Below, piece by piece: positions 29,645 through 39,510 of a stretch of 64,000 bases of DNA; the stretch's first letter is position 1; each line of letters starts with the position of its first letter. The notes below the pieces were generated by a model. The model made no database searches. It saw only the letters and a list, made by a program, of their open reading frames with translations, and had not been told where the DNA came from. The DNA comes from Bacteroidota bacterium (GTDB lineage: Bacteria > Bacteroidota > Bacteroidia > JACPRZ01). The DNA is taken from contig JACPRZ010000063.1 in NCBI GenBank assembly GCA_016193485.1, positions 128,156-192,155 of the forward strand, written 5' to 3'. A program made the translations under genes and the position numbers.

Positions 29645-29893
29645 ATGATTCTCACATTTGAAGAACTCCGCCAGTTAAAAGACAAACTGCCCTCCGGCAG
29701 CATGCAGAAAATTGCCGATGAATTAAAGATTGACGTTCAGCACGTCAGGAATTATTTCGGGGCAGACCACTACTCGCAGAAAAACATTCCGGGCGTACAC
29801 TATGAAAAGGGCGGTCCTGGTGGCGGGATAGTAAAATTGTACGATACTACAATTTATGACTGTGCGCAGAAGATGCTGAAGAACAGGAACTGA
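29645..29893 (+). CDS. Small Bacteroidota HTH-like DNA-binding protein
   Basis: TFEELRQLKDKLPSGSMQKIADEL...VRNYFG...H.E.G..GG. Confidence 0.7.
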   Translation: MILTFEELRQLKDKLPSGSMQKIADELKIDVQHVRNYFGADHYSQKNIPGVHYEKGGPGGGIVKLYDTTIYDCAQKMLKNRN

Positions 29894-29908
29894 AACTACT
29901 ACATCATT

Positions 29909-32038
29909 TCACTCTTCCACCTTTTCCTGCTTCTTATATTCATCCAGCAGTTTTTCCTGTATTTCGAAAGGAACGGCAGCGTAATGCGAAAACTTTAATG
30001 TGTGGTATGCCCTTCCTTTTGATAGCGATCTCAGCGTTGTGGAATATTTATACAATTCGGCAAGCGGCACCCGCGATTTTATGATCTGGTAACTGCCGTC
30101 AGTATCCATTCCCTGGATGATGGACCTGCGTGTCTGCAGGTCGCGCATCACTTCGCCTATCACATCTTCAGGGGCGAATACTTCCACATCATAAATGGGT
30201 TCGAGGATTTTCGGGTTTGCTTCAAAGAATGCGCCTTTAAACGCTTTCATGCCTGCAATTTTAAAGGAGATATCGTTGGAGTCAACATCATGCATACTTC
30301 CGTCATGAATGCTGACGCGTACATCGCGCACATAAGATCCGGTAAGCGGTCCGACCTCCATTTTTTCCATAATTCCTTTGAGGATGGCAGGCATGAACCG
30401 GGCGTCAATGACCCCGCCAACGATGCAGTTGTTGAAAACTAATTTCCCCCCCCACTGGAGGTCTATGATTTCGGTAGCGCGGACGCTCATACCGGCCGGG
30501 GGAGGCATATTTTCTTTATAGGGTTCCACCAGGAGGTAAACCTCACCGTATTGCCCGGCACCACCGCTCTGTTTCTTGTGGCGGTGATGGCCCTGTGCCT
30601 GCTTCTGGATGGTCTCGCGATAGGGTATGCGCGGTTTAATGTACTCCGGCATAACCTTATTGATATTTTCAAGTTTCCATTTTGCTACCGCAAGGTGCAG
30701 TTCTCCCTGTGCGTTGAGTATGGTTTGCCGCAATTCGCGCGATTGCTCGACAACAAGAGTAGGATCCTCAATACCCATCTGTTTCAGACCGGCAAATATT
30801 TTTTCTTCATCGCCCTGTTTAACCGGGATAATGGCGGTCTGTATTTTATGCAGCGGGAATTGAATCAATTCATATTCCACCGGGAATGGTTTTTCATGGA
30901 GCGTCTGGTTGGTATGGGTGTTTTTCAGTTTTACCGTGGCGCCAATATCACCTGCCAGAAGGGAAGGTACCTCAATGCGCTCTTTTCCGTTCACGATGAA
31001 AATTTTATTCAGATGTTCCGATGAGTAGGTCTTTTCGTTTATCAGGTCCATGCCTACTTTTATTTCGCCCGTGCAGGCCCTGAAAAAGACCATGTCGCCA
31101 AGGTGGGGTTCTACAAGGGTCTTAAAAACAAAAAATGAGCCGGGTTTTTTCTGGTCGCAGGGTATTGTGTCTCCACCTGTGGTTTTTTGCGGCACATCGG
31201 AAGGGATTATTCCGGCATTGCAGAAAAATCCCATCAGCCGGCCGCTTCCCATGTTCCGTTTTGCAGAGAGAGAGAAAACCGGGAAGATATTTCTTGAAGA
31301 AAACGCCTTTTTTAATCCGTTCGCCATTTCATCCTCGCTGAGTTCGCCTTTTTCAAAGTAGAGTTCCATCAGTTTTTCATCGCTTTCGGCCACTGCCTCA
31401 ACCAGGATGCGGTGAAGTTCTTCCGCTTTTTCTTTTTCTGAGGAGGGAATAGCGGTCTTTTCGGGCTTGCCGCCATCGGCAGGGAATTTATACATCGTCA
31501 TGCGCAGCACATCAACAATAGAGTTAAAACCGATGCCCGGATTTACGGGATACTGTATGACCGTTACTTTATTCCCGAACCGGTTCTTCAGTTGTTCAAC
31601 GTTCTTGTCATAATTGCATTTTTCGTGGTCGCACTGGTTTACGGCAAACGCCACGGGCAATCCCGCTTTTACGGTTTTAGGCCAGATGATTTCGGTTCCC
31701 GTTTCAACACCGCTCTGGCTGTTGATGACGATAATACCCTGGTCGCAAACCCGCATGGCGGCCGTGGGTTCACCGGTGAAATCATCGCTGCCGGGCGTAT
31801 CAATAATATTGAGTTTTGTGCCGCGCCAGTCGGTATGCAATATGGACATGGAAACCGAGTACCCGCGCACGTGTTCAATTTCATGGTAATCGGATACCGT
31901 ATTTTTATCTTCAACGGTTCCCCTGCGCTTTATGGCGCCCGATTCGAAAAGCATGGACTCGGCAAGGGTTGTTTTACCCGAATAAGCATGTCCGAGCAAG
32001 ACAATATTGCGTATATCCCGGATAGTATAGGATTTCAT
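29909..32038 (-). CDS. fusA2: Elongation factor G paralogue (EF-G2 type)
   Basis: EF-G domains (PYRETI, KKQSGGAGQYGEV, ILEPIY) with divergent G motifs RGYSV, DTPGSDDF, NQCD. Confidence 0.88.
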   Translation of the reverse strand: MKSYTIRDIRNIVLLGHAYSGKTTLAESMLFESGAIKRRGTVEDKNTVSDYHEIEHVRGYSVSMSILHTDWRGTKLNIIDTPGSDDFTGEPTAAMRVCDQGIIVINSQSGVETGTEIIWPKTVKAGLPVAFAVNQCDHEKCNYDKNVEQLKNRFGNKVTVIQYPVNPGIGFNSIVDVLRMTMYKFPADGGKPEKTAIPSSEKEKAEELHRILVEAVAESDEKLMELYFEKGELSEDEMANGLKKAFSSRNIFPVFSLSAKRNMGSGRLMGFFCNAGIIPSDVPQKTTGGDTIPCDQKKPGSFFVFKTLVEPHLGDMVFFRACTGEIKVGMDLINEKTYSSEHLNKIFIVNGKERIEVPSLLAGDIGATVKLKNTHTNQTLHEKPFPVEYELIQFPLHKIQTAIIPVKQGDEEKIFAGLKQMGIEDPTLVVEQSRELRQTILNAQGELHLAVAKWKLENINKVMPEYIKPRIPYRETIQKQAQGHHRHKKQSGGAGQYGEVYLLVEPYKENMPPPAGMSVRATEIIDLQWGGKLVFNNCIVGGVIDARFMPAILKGIMEKMEVGPLTGSYVRDVRVSIHDGSMHDVDSNDISFKIAGMKAFKGAFFEANPKILEPIYDVEVFAPEDVIGEVMRDLQTRRSIIQGMDTDGSYQIIKSRVPLAELYKYSTTLRSLSKGRAYHTLKFSHYAAVPFEIQEKLLDEYKKQEKVEE

Positions 32039-32136
32039 ATAAGAATGATGTTTATCAGGTTAAAGAGAAAATAAGCCATAAAGTTAGAAAAAAAAGAGGC
32101 GCTGGCGTTCCGGATTGAGTAACCTCTTTACTTACC

Positions 32137-32901
32137 CTACCCGAAAATATCATCACCATTTTTTGTTGTAATGCGCGCAACTTCATCAACCGGCATATTT
32201 AAAACTTCCGCTACTTTATTTATCACAAGCACAAGGTATGCACTCTCATTTCTTTTCCCGCGGTAAGGAACCGGTGTGAGATAAGGCGAATCAGTCTCAA
32301 GAACAATATGTTCAATCCCTATTTTCCGTACAACATCAGGCAGAGCAGAATTTTTATAGGTAATAACTCCCCCGATGCCGAATTTAAAATTTCCAAGTGA
32401 AAGAATCCGGGCAGCATCCTCGTATGTACCGGGAAAGCAATGAAAAATACCAAAAATTGAAGGATCGTGTAACGCTTCAAGTATCTCAATGATTTTATGC
32501 AGCGAAGCACGGGAATGAATAATCACCGGCAGTGAATAACGTTTTGCGACATCGCATTGTATTTTGAACGCATCAACCTGCTCATTTATGAATGTTTTAT
32601 CCCAGTAAAAATCCAGCCCAATCTCCCCTACTCCGTAAAATTTTCCACCGGCAAGGTTTTTTTCAACTTCAGCAAGTTCCTCCCTGTAATTTTCTTTCAC
32701 CGAGCATGGGTGCAACCCCATCAAAGGAAAACAGGTCCCGGGATATTTTTTGCAAACATCAAGCAGCGGCACAACGGTAGCGTTGTCAATGTTCGGGAGA
32801 AAAACCCTATTAACTCCCGCAGAAACGGCTCTCTTTATGACTTCATCCCGGTCATTTTTGAAATCCTCAAGGTAGATGTGGGCGTGGGTATCAATAAGCA
32901 T
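32137..32901 (-). CDS. tatD: TatD family DNase
   Basis: DTHAH, GLHP, GEIGLD, IHSR, FHCF, LETDSPYL. Confidence 0.95.
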   Translation of the reverse strand: MLIDTHAHIYLEDFKNDRDEVIKRAVSAGVNRVFLPNIDNATVVPLLDVCKKYPGTCFPLMGLHPCSVKENYREELAEVEKNLAGGKFYGVGEIGLDFYWDKTFINEQVDAFKIQCDVAKRYSLPVIIHSRASLHKIIEILEALHDPSIFGIFHCFPGTYEDAARILSLGNFKFGIGGVITYKNSALPDVVRKIGIEHIVLETDSPYLTPVPYRGKRNESAYLVLVINKVAEVLNMPVDEVARITTKNGDDIFG

Positions 32902-33286
32902 AGATTTTTTCAATCAGTTGGTTTACTTTTTCTTCAATCAAATCCCTTACTTTAATCCAATCCCGAATTTCCATATTTTTCGGGTCGGGAATATTCCATT
33001 CTTCTCTGTGATTTGCGGGAATATGCGGACAAGCATCACCGCATCCCATAGTAATCACATAATCAAAAAGCAATTCGCGGTATTCTTCAACTGATTTGGA
33101 CTGATGGAGAGACAAATCATACCTTTTCGTTTTCATCGCTTCAATGGCTTTCGGATTTATTTGTCCCGATGGCTTTGAACCTGCACTGAAGGCAACCACT
33201 TTTCCTTTGCCGGTGATCTTTGCAAATGCCTCCGCCATCTGGCTGCGGCAGGAATTTTCAATGCAAACGAATAATATTTTTTTCAC
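32891..33286 (-). CDS. arsC: Arsenate reductase ArsC (LMW-PTP fold)
   Basis: FVCIENSCRSQMAE, SAGS, MGCGDACP, W.IPDP; GTG start. Confidence 0.85.
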   Translation of the reverse strand: MKKILFVCIENSCRSQMAEAFAKITGKGKVVAFSAGSKPSGQINPKAIEAMKTKRYDLSLHQSKSVEEYRELLFDYVITMGCGDACPHIPANHREEWNIPDPKNMEIRDWIKVRDLIEEKVNQLIEKIYAY

Positions 33287-33297
33287 GGCACGTTTTA

Positions 33298-33798
33298 TTA
33301 TTTCCTGATTGGCGATTGCCGTTGAAATGGCACCCTCACAGTAAAAAACGATACCTTTTCCAGGATATGGCAACTGTTGCAACTTGCCGCTAACACATTA
33401 AATTCTTTATTAAAGGCAACTGTATCCATGTTCTCAACTGCCTTTTGCATTTCAGGTAAAACACCGGTCAAAAAGTACTCCGCTGATTTTGTCCTCTTTG
33501 GTCTGCGCTGGAGACCATTTTCGATAGTGAGTTTTATTTTCTCCAACTGATATTTTGCGCATTCCCAGTTTTCGTCTTGCCCGGCCCAATAAAGTTCCTG
33601 GTAGCGATACCCTGTCTCAATCATTGCGATGTCAAGTCCGCGAAATTGTCTCTCAATGGTCTTTAATTTTTCTTCATCTGTTCCTGTTATCCAGTCCCCT
33701 TGTATTGAATCCCTGTCCAGATGGCTGCATGACCGAACAATTATCGCAGCCAGCGCCAGGGTGCATAATCCGGTTACAATTAAATATTTTATTTTCAT
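33298..33798 (-). CDS. Exported monoheme c-type cytochrome (class II-like, C-terminal CxxCH)
   Basis: N-terminal signal/anchor; SCNSCH near C-terminus. Confidence 0.7.
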   Translation of the reverse strand: MKIKYLIVTGLCTLALAAIIVRSCSHLDRDSIQGDWITGTDEEKLKTIERQFRGLDIAMIETGYRYQELYWAGQDENWECAKYQLEKIKLTIENGLQRRPKRTKSAEYFLTGVLPEMQKAVENMDTVAFNKEFNVLAASCNSCHILEKVSFFTVRVPFQRQSPIRK

Positions 33799-34544
33799 CG
33801 TTTGCGTATCAATTCAAGAATTCCGGTAATAAACGTCAACGGATGAACGGGATTACCGGGAACAAATAAATCAATTTTGTGCATAGTTAAAAAATTCCTG
33901 TTCAGGGCCGGACTGCCGTCAAAAATTCCCCCGCTGATGGCATCTGTTCCCGCAAGAATGATGATTTTCGGTTCGGGAATCGCATCGTAACAGATCTGCA
34001 GCGGCACCGCCATATTCTCTGTGATGGGTCCCGTGATTACAATTCCGTCTGAATGGCGCGGAGAAGCCACAAACTCAATTCCATATCGGCCCATATCGAA
34101 GTTCACATTTCCGCAGGCATTTAATTCCAGTTCACAACTGTTGTCTCCACCTGCCGAAACCTGTCTTAACTTTATTGAGCCGCTGAAGTACTTTGAGATC
34201 TCTGTCCGGATAATATCAGGATTTAACTCAATGGTTTTATCTTCACCATCCTTAGTGATCAGCCGTTCTCTTTCGTTGGTAGAAATTTTATAGTCAGTTG
34301 TAAATTTGATTTTATCGGGAAAAGCAAATGCACATTCTCCGCAAAAAGCGCACCTGCCCAGATCAATGCACACCGGGCTTCCCGTAATGGCCTCAGTCGG
34401 ACATAACTCAACCAGCGCATTTTCATCTATTGTTTCTTTTGAAATGACAGGCCTTCCCCTGAAAATTCCCGGAACTTTGGCATGAGTTACATCCGGGATA
34501 TATTGCTTTCCCTGGCGGAGAAGTATTTTTATATTATCAATCAT
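33795..34544 (-). CDS. Ehr/Hyf small subunit: ferredoxin fused to NuoB/HyfI-like domain
   Basis: CPTEAI, CAFCGEC; FVASPRHSDGIVITGPITENM. Confidence 0.85.
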   Translation of the reverse strand: MIDNIKILLRQGKQYIPDVTHAKVPGIFRGRPVISKETIDENALVELCPTEAITGSPVCIDLGRCAFCGECAFAFPDKIKFTTDYKISTNERERLITKDGEDKTIELNPDIIRTEISKYFSGSIKLRQVSAGGDNSCELELNACGNVNFDMGRYGIEFVASPRHSDGIVITGPITENMAVPLQICYDAIPEPKIIILAGTDAISGGIFDGSPALNRNFLTMHKIDLFVPGNPVHPLTFITGILELIRKR

Positions 34545-34558
34545 GCTTCCGGGTTAAT

Positions 34559-34927
34559 TTATTTTTTAAACATGAAATATACCGCCAGAACCAGGAAAAT
34601 AAATCCGATGAAATGGTTCATCTTCAATGTTTCATTGTTAAAAAACACCAGGGAGAATAAAACAAAAACCATCAATGTAATTACTTCCTGGATTACCTTT
34701 AGTTCCACAAGAGAAAATGGCCCTCCGAATTCCTTATAACCCAGTCGGTTTGCCGGAATCTGAAAACAGTATTCAAAAAAGGCGATTCCCCAACTGATGG
34801 CAATGACACCTGCAATACTCATGTTCTCAAACCAATTCATTTCCCGGAATTTTAAATGACCATACCACGCTAAAGTCATGAAGGAGTTGGACAGAAGCAG
34901 CAAAAGAATAGTCAGAAGTGGTTTCAT
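34559..34927 (-). CDS. DMT family protein (DUF486)
   Basis: SNSFMTLAWYGHL, SWGIAFFEY, PANRLG, LKVIQEVITL. Confidence 0.9.
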   Translation of the reverse strand: MKPLLTILLLLLSNSFMTLAWYGHLKFREMNWFENMSIAGVIAISWGIAFFEYCFQIPANRLGYKEFGGPFSLVELKVIQEVITLMVFVLFSLVFFNNETLKMNHFIGFIFLVLAVYFMFKK

Positions 34928-34939
34928 AAATTTTATTTA

Positions 34940-36439
34940 TTAAAGGTCATGTCCGCAATAACTCAGATTAAAACTCTTGTTGCATACCGGGAAGTCGGAA
35001 ATTTCATTGTTGCGCACCGCCAATGCAAGCGCCAGCCAGTTATGAAAGGAAGGGTCTTTTACCTTGTAGTGTACAAGGTTCCCGTTTTCACCGGTGATTG
35101 CGCAATGACAAATTTCCCCTCTCCATCCTTCCACTAATGAAATGCCGAACAAATCGGGAGCGGGAAATGATAATTCTTTTCTTTTTTTATTTTCAGGTGG
35201 AATACTTTTTATCATGTTCCTTATAATCTCTATGGATTGTAATATCTCTTCTTTACGGATCTGCGTACGCGAATAAACATCACCATAATGTTTAATTACC
35301 GGTTCGTGATTCATTCTTTCGTACCAATCGTGCGGATGTGATACCCGTATATCCCTGGGTATTCCCGACATCTTTGCCGCCATGCCGACAGTCCCGATAG
35401 AAGCCGCCTGTTCTTTTGTCACCGTTCCGGTTTTTTCCAGGCGCGCCAATACGCTGGGGAGCGTCTTGAATTCGTCATACATTTCTATAAAATCCCGTTC
35501 GTATTCATCAAACAAACGTTTCAATGGGTCTCCCAATTGTTTTGTGAACGGGTAATTATTTTTTCCCGCCCTGATTAATCCTTTGCCCAATCGGTTTCCG
35601 CACCAACGCTGAAAATAATTGATAACCGGTGTGCGCAGTCGTCCAAAAACAGCGCTTCCGAGTTGATACGCAATATCGGTGCAAAGTGCGCTTAAGTCGC
35701 CCGTATGAATCGCTATTCGCTCCAGTTCCAATGCCAGCGTCCGTGAAAATTGCAAGTGATCCTCCGCGTCATAGTTGCATAAACTTTCCCAAAGGTTTAC
35801 GAAAGCAGTAGTATGCCCGGCTACGGTATCTCCTGCAATGGATTCTGCAAAGTGGGTACGTTGTAAAAGATTATTCTTTTTCAAAAATAATTGCTCGGTT
35901 CCTCTGTGCTGGTAGCCCAATTGAATTTCAAGGTGAAGAATCTGCTCTCCATCGCAGATAAACCGGAAATGTCCCGGCTCTATGATTCCCGCATGAATGG
36001 GACCAACGCCCACTTCATGCACTTCCTCGCTTTCTATGGCATAGAAAGGATAATTCTCGATGCGGGAATTTTTATCTGCACGGCTGAAAGGATAACGCAC
36101 GGGCTTAAGCCAGGGGTGGTCGGAATATTTTATTCCGAAGTTTTCATGGATTTCTCTTTCAAAAAGATGAAATGCAAGATGGTGATGTGTGAAAGAAGGG
36201 AGAACAGAATTGAAATTTATGACAGAGGAAGAAATGGTTATCAAATGTTCCCGGTCATTCGCTATGCAACAGATTAGTATTAACTGATCGCGGTGAGGAT
36301 ATCCGAAATAATTAACGCAATGACAACTTTCATCCTGAAGCAAGGAAATACTCTGCTCCAGCAAATCCTCGTAATTCAGAAGCGGAATATCCCAAAGGGA
36401 AACGGTACTGTTATTTTTTATGCGTATATGTTTTATCAT
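34940..36439 (-). CDS. Ehr/HyfG-like large subunit (NuoC-NuoD fusion) without NiFe ligands
   Basis: FEREIHE, VGPIHAGIIEPGHFRF, LGYQHRG, VEGWRGE, DFPVCNKSFNLSY. Confidence 0.9.
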   Translation of the reverse strand: MIKHIRIKNNSTVSLWDIPLLNYEDLLEQSISLLQDESCHCVNYFGYPHRDQLILICCIANDREHLITISSSVINFNSVLPSFTHHHLAFHLFEREIHENFGIKYSDHPWLKPVRYPFSRADKNSRIENYPFYAIESEEVHEVGVGPIHAGIIEPGHFRFICDGEQILHLEIQLGYQHRGTEQLFLKKNNLLQRTHFAESIAGDTVAGHTTAFVNLWESLCNYDAEDHLQFSRTLALELERIAIHTGDLSALCTDIAYQLGSAVFGRLRTPVINYFQRWCGNRLGKGLIRAGKNNYPFTKQLGDPLKRLFDEYERDFIEMYDEFKTLPSVLARLEKTGTVTKEQAASIGTVGMAAKMSGIPRDIRVSHPHDWYERMNHEPVIKHYGDVYSRTQIRKEEILQSIEIIRNMIKSIPPENKKRKELSFPAPDLFGISLVEGWRGEICHCAITGENGNLVHYKVKDPSFHNWLALALAVRNNEISDFPVCNKSFNLSYCGHDL

Positions 36440-36441
36440 AT

Positions 36442-37875
36442 TTAATGCGGCAGAGTAATGATTGCCGCATGAATAAGATTGACCAACTCAACAGGAGGAT
36501 AAATACCAAGATAGAATACCATTCCCAAAAGAGCCCATTGTGAAAGCGATTCTGCCGGTTTGATTTTTTCCTCCGGAACATTTCCATAGGGGGGGGAGAA
36601 TATCAGGCGAAAAAAATTTTTTCCCAGAGCCCACACTGAAAAAGTGAGAAGCACGAGTAAAAGAATCAACAGCATGAAATATCCTTTTTCTGCCATTGCC
36701 TTAAGGATCATGAATTCGCTGACGAACAAGCCCGATGGGGGCATTGCGGTAATGCAGACAAAAAGGAGCAGCATAATTATTGCCCCGGAATTATAATAAT
36801 GAAAATATCCACCCGTCCTTCTGATAAGATAATTATTAAAGATGCGATAGACCTGTTGTATCTGGTAGAACATCCCCGCTTTCGTGAACGAATGGAATAT
36901 TAAATGGAGAAATGCCGCATAATATCCAATGCCCCCGGTGCCAAGACCGATCGCGACAATCCCCATATTTTCCAAACTGGAATAAGCAAACATTCTCTTA
37001 AAATGCCTGACACGGATAAGATATACAACGGCAACAAAAACAGATAAAATGCCTGCAACGAGCAGAATGTAATTTGCCCAGGTGGCAATGGATGTCGGAG
37101 CAATCACGGAATAGAATCGGAAGATCGCCATAAATCCTACATTCATCAGCGTAGTTGAAATAAACGCGCTGATGGGTGGAGGGGCAACGGTATGCGCATC
37201 CACGCAAACGGTATGCATGGGAAATAATCCCATTTTGGCGCTGTAACCAATCAGCACGAAAAGAAATGCCAGTTTGAGCCAAAAGGGATTGAACGCAACC
37301 GCGTTGTGAATAAGGGATGAATAGGTAAGATTTATGGTAGCGGCTTCTTGTGCTGCTATGCTCAGAAGGAGAATCCCGATGAACGAAAATGCAAGCGCAA
37401 CGGAACAGACAAAAAGATACTTCCATGCCGCTTCAATGGCATATTCTGTCCGTTCATGATAAATGAGCACTGTAGCGGCAAAGGTGGTGAGTTCTACAAA
37501 TACCCAGGTAACGCCAATATGACTGGAAAGAAAAGCGCCCGTTTGCGCCACGATCAGCAGACAAAATGCGGCATAATAAATTGACTTGGCGCGGTGCGGA
37601 GTGGTATGATGCCGGTGGTGATATTCAAGGTATCCCGCGCTGTGATACGAAGAAGCGGAGGAAAGAACAGCCAGCACAAGCAACATAATCATTGCCGCTC
37701 CATCAGGGATAAAATAGCTAAGTTCTTCCCTGTTCAAATGCAGATACGCATAAACCGTTAAACCCCATTGCAGAGCATTGAAAAGCATCAGCAAAATATG
37801 ATGCAATATCTTACTCCGCGTAAAAAATAAACTCCCTATAAGAGCGATGGCGATGATAAAATAATAAATGATCAT
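36442..37875 (-). CDS. hyfF: HyfF-like antiporter subunit
   Basis: EAAWKY, K.GLFPMH, FKRMFAYSSLENMG, PPSGLFVSE. Confidence 0.85.
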   Translation of the reverse strand: MIIYYFIIAIALIGSLFFTRSKILHHILLMLFNALQWGLTVYAYLHLNREELSYFIPDGAAMIMLLVLAVLSSASSYHSAGYLEYHHRHHTTPHRAKSIYYAAFCLLIVAQTGAFLSSHIGVTWVFVELTTFAATVLIYHERTEYAIEAAWKYLFVCSVALAFSFIGILLLSIAAQEAATINLTYSSLIHNAVAFNPFWLKLAFLFVLIGYSAKMGLFPMHTVCVDAHTVAPPPISAFISTTLMNVGFMAIFRFYSVIAPTSIATWANYILLVAGILSVFVAVVYLIRVRHFKRMFAYSSLENMGIVAIGLGTGGIGYYAAFLHLIFHSFTKAGMFYQIQQVYRIFNNYLIRRTGGYFHYYNSGAIIMLLLFVCITAMPPSGLFVSEFMILKAMAEKGYFMLLILLLVLLTFSVWALGKNFFRLIFSPPYGNVPEEKIKPAESLSQWALLGMVFYLGIYPPVELVNLIHAAIITLPH

Positions 37876-37937
37876 TTTTCAGGGCATGATAATCAAATGA
37901 CTCATCGTGCAAATTCAGGTTGATTTTGTTATTCGTT

Positions 37938-38570
37938 TTATAAATCTCTTAACTGGCTCAGATGATTTACATCCGGTTCCTTAAAAACATCCCCGATTTT
38001 ATTTACAAAAATCCCGGTCACCAGGACACTTACAAAAAAATCCAGCAGAATGCCGGTATTTACCAGCATGGGCATTTTGCTGCCGACTGCAAGCGATAAG
38101 ATGAAAACCCCGTTTTCCACTACCAGGAACCCCATTAACTGTGTAATTATTTTTCTCCGGGTAATGATAATATACAATCCCGTAAACAGTGAAGAAAGCG
38201 CCACCACAAAATATATCGTGTAAACCGGGGAATTGTCAATGGTCATTGAGAGCAGGGAAGATGCAAGAATGATGAGCGTTACAATAACGAGGGATGCAAA
38301 ATTTGGCAAATAGGGTTCCACCTCGCGGGTTATCTTATTTCTTTTGATCAGGTAATTAATGAAGAGCGGAATTACAATAGTTTTAAAAAGGATGGTTTCC
38401 AGCAGAATAAAGACAAGATTCAGGGTGCTGATATCGTGCAGTTCGGAAAAACTTAAACCGAATAAAAGAATTCCCTGCAGGGCAAGGATTTTGATGAAGG
38501 TGCTCATCCGGTTGGCAATACCGATATATATCAGGGTTATGGTAAATGTTATAAGAAAAACGTGAATCAT
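37938..38570 (-). CDS. hyfE: HyfE-like membrane subunit
   Basis: LQG.L, K.IVIP, GFLVVENG. Confidence 0.85.
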   Translation of the reverse strand: MIHVFLITFTITLIYIGIANRMSTFIKILALQGILLFGLSFSELHDISTLNLVFILLETILFKTIVIPLFINYLIKRNKITREVEPYLPNFASLVIVTLIILASSLLSMTIDNSPVYTIYFVVALSSLFTGLYIIITRRKIITQLMGFLVVENGVFILSLAVGSKMPMLVNTGILLDFFVSVLVTGIFVNKIGDVFKEPDVNHLSQLRDL

Positions 38571-38575
38571 GATGT

Positions 38576-39496
38576 TTAAGCGGCAATAAATTTTCCCGTT
38601 ACGAACAGCACTCCCAAAAATATCAGCAATGAAATAGAGGTGACCGCAAAAATAAACTGCGGGTTATGGTTCATCCTGAATCTTGCCATGAAGGATTCAA
38701 TGATTCCAACGGTCATTGCAAACAGAATCTGGACCCCGATAAAAATAGGTATTGAGTAAAACCATTCTTTACCCGGGGTGAGAAAAAAATTAGCAATGAG
38801 GGCTCCATACATGGCGAATTTCAGGTTGGCCGCATAGAGTATAAGCCCAAGGTCAAATCCGCTGTTGTCAAGGATCATCACTTCATGAACCATCGTAAGT
38901 TCCAGGTGGGTTTTCGGGTCATCCACGGGCATGCGGCTGTTTTCCGTCATGGCAATAATCACGATGACAAAAGCGGCAAGAACGCCAACGGCATAAGAAA
39001 CGTAAGAACCAAAATGGAGAGAACGGAATATCTCGAAGAAGGATTCGTAACCGGTAAGAAGCGCGAAAGATCCCATAAGTATAAAGAAAGCGGGTTCAAC
39101 AAGCATGGAATAAAGCGCTTCCCGGCTTGCGCCCATGCCCTCAAAACTGCTCCCAGTATCAAGCGAAGAGATAATCATAAAAAATTTTCCCAATGCAAGT
39201 ACGTAAGCGAAGCAGACAAAATCCCATTTAAATGAAATCAATCCCGGGCTGTCGCCAAAGGGGATAAAAGAGATTGCCGCCAATACCGAAGAAAAATAAA
39301 TTGCCGGGGCGATCTGAAAAATCAAACTGCTTGTTTCGCTGTACACAGCGCCTTTTCTGAATAACCGCCAGATATCTTTCAGCGGTTGGAAAATTCCGGG
39401 ACCCTTTCTGCCGGAGAGAATGCTTTTAATGCGAATGATTATCCCGGGAAAAAACAGAGTGGTGGCGATGATCAGAAGAATCCCTGTAATGTCCAT
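38576..39496 (-). CDS. hyfC: HyfC/NuoH-like membrane subunit
   Basis: GRKGPGIFQP, DTGSSFEGMGASRE, ENSRMPVDDPKTHLELTMVHE. Confidence 0.9.
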   Translation of the reverse strand: MDITGILLIIATTLFFPGIIIRIKSILSGRKGPGIFQPLKDIWRLFRKGAVYSETSSLIFQIAPAIYFSSVLAAISFIPFGDSPGLISFKWDFVCFAYVLALGKFFMIISSLDTGSSFEGMGASREALYSMLVEPAFFILMGSFALLTGYESFFEIFRSLHFGSYVSYAVGVLAAFVIVIIAMTENSRMPVDDPKTHLELTMVHEVMILDNSGFDLGLILYAANLKFAMYGALIANFFLTPGKEWFYSIPIFIGVQILFAMTVGIIESFMARFRMNHNPQFIFAVTSISLLIFLGVLFVTGKFIAA

Positions 39497-39510
39497 TCGT
39501 AAATACGTTA

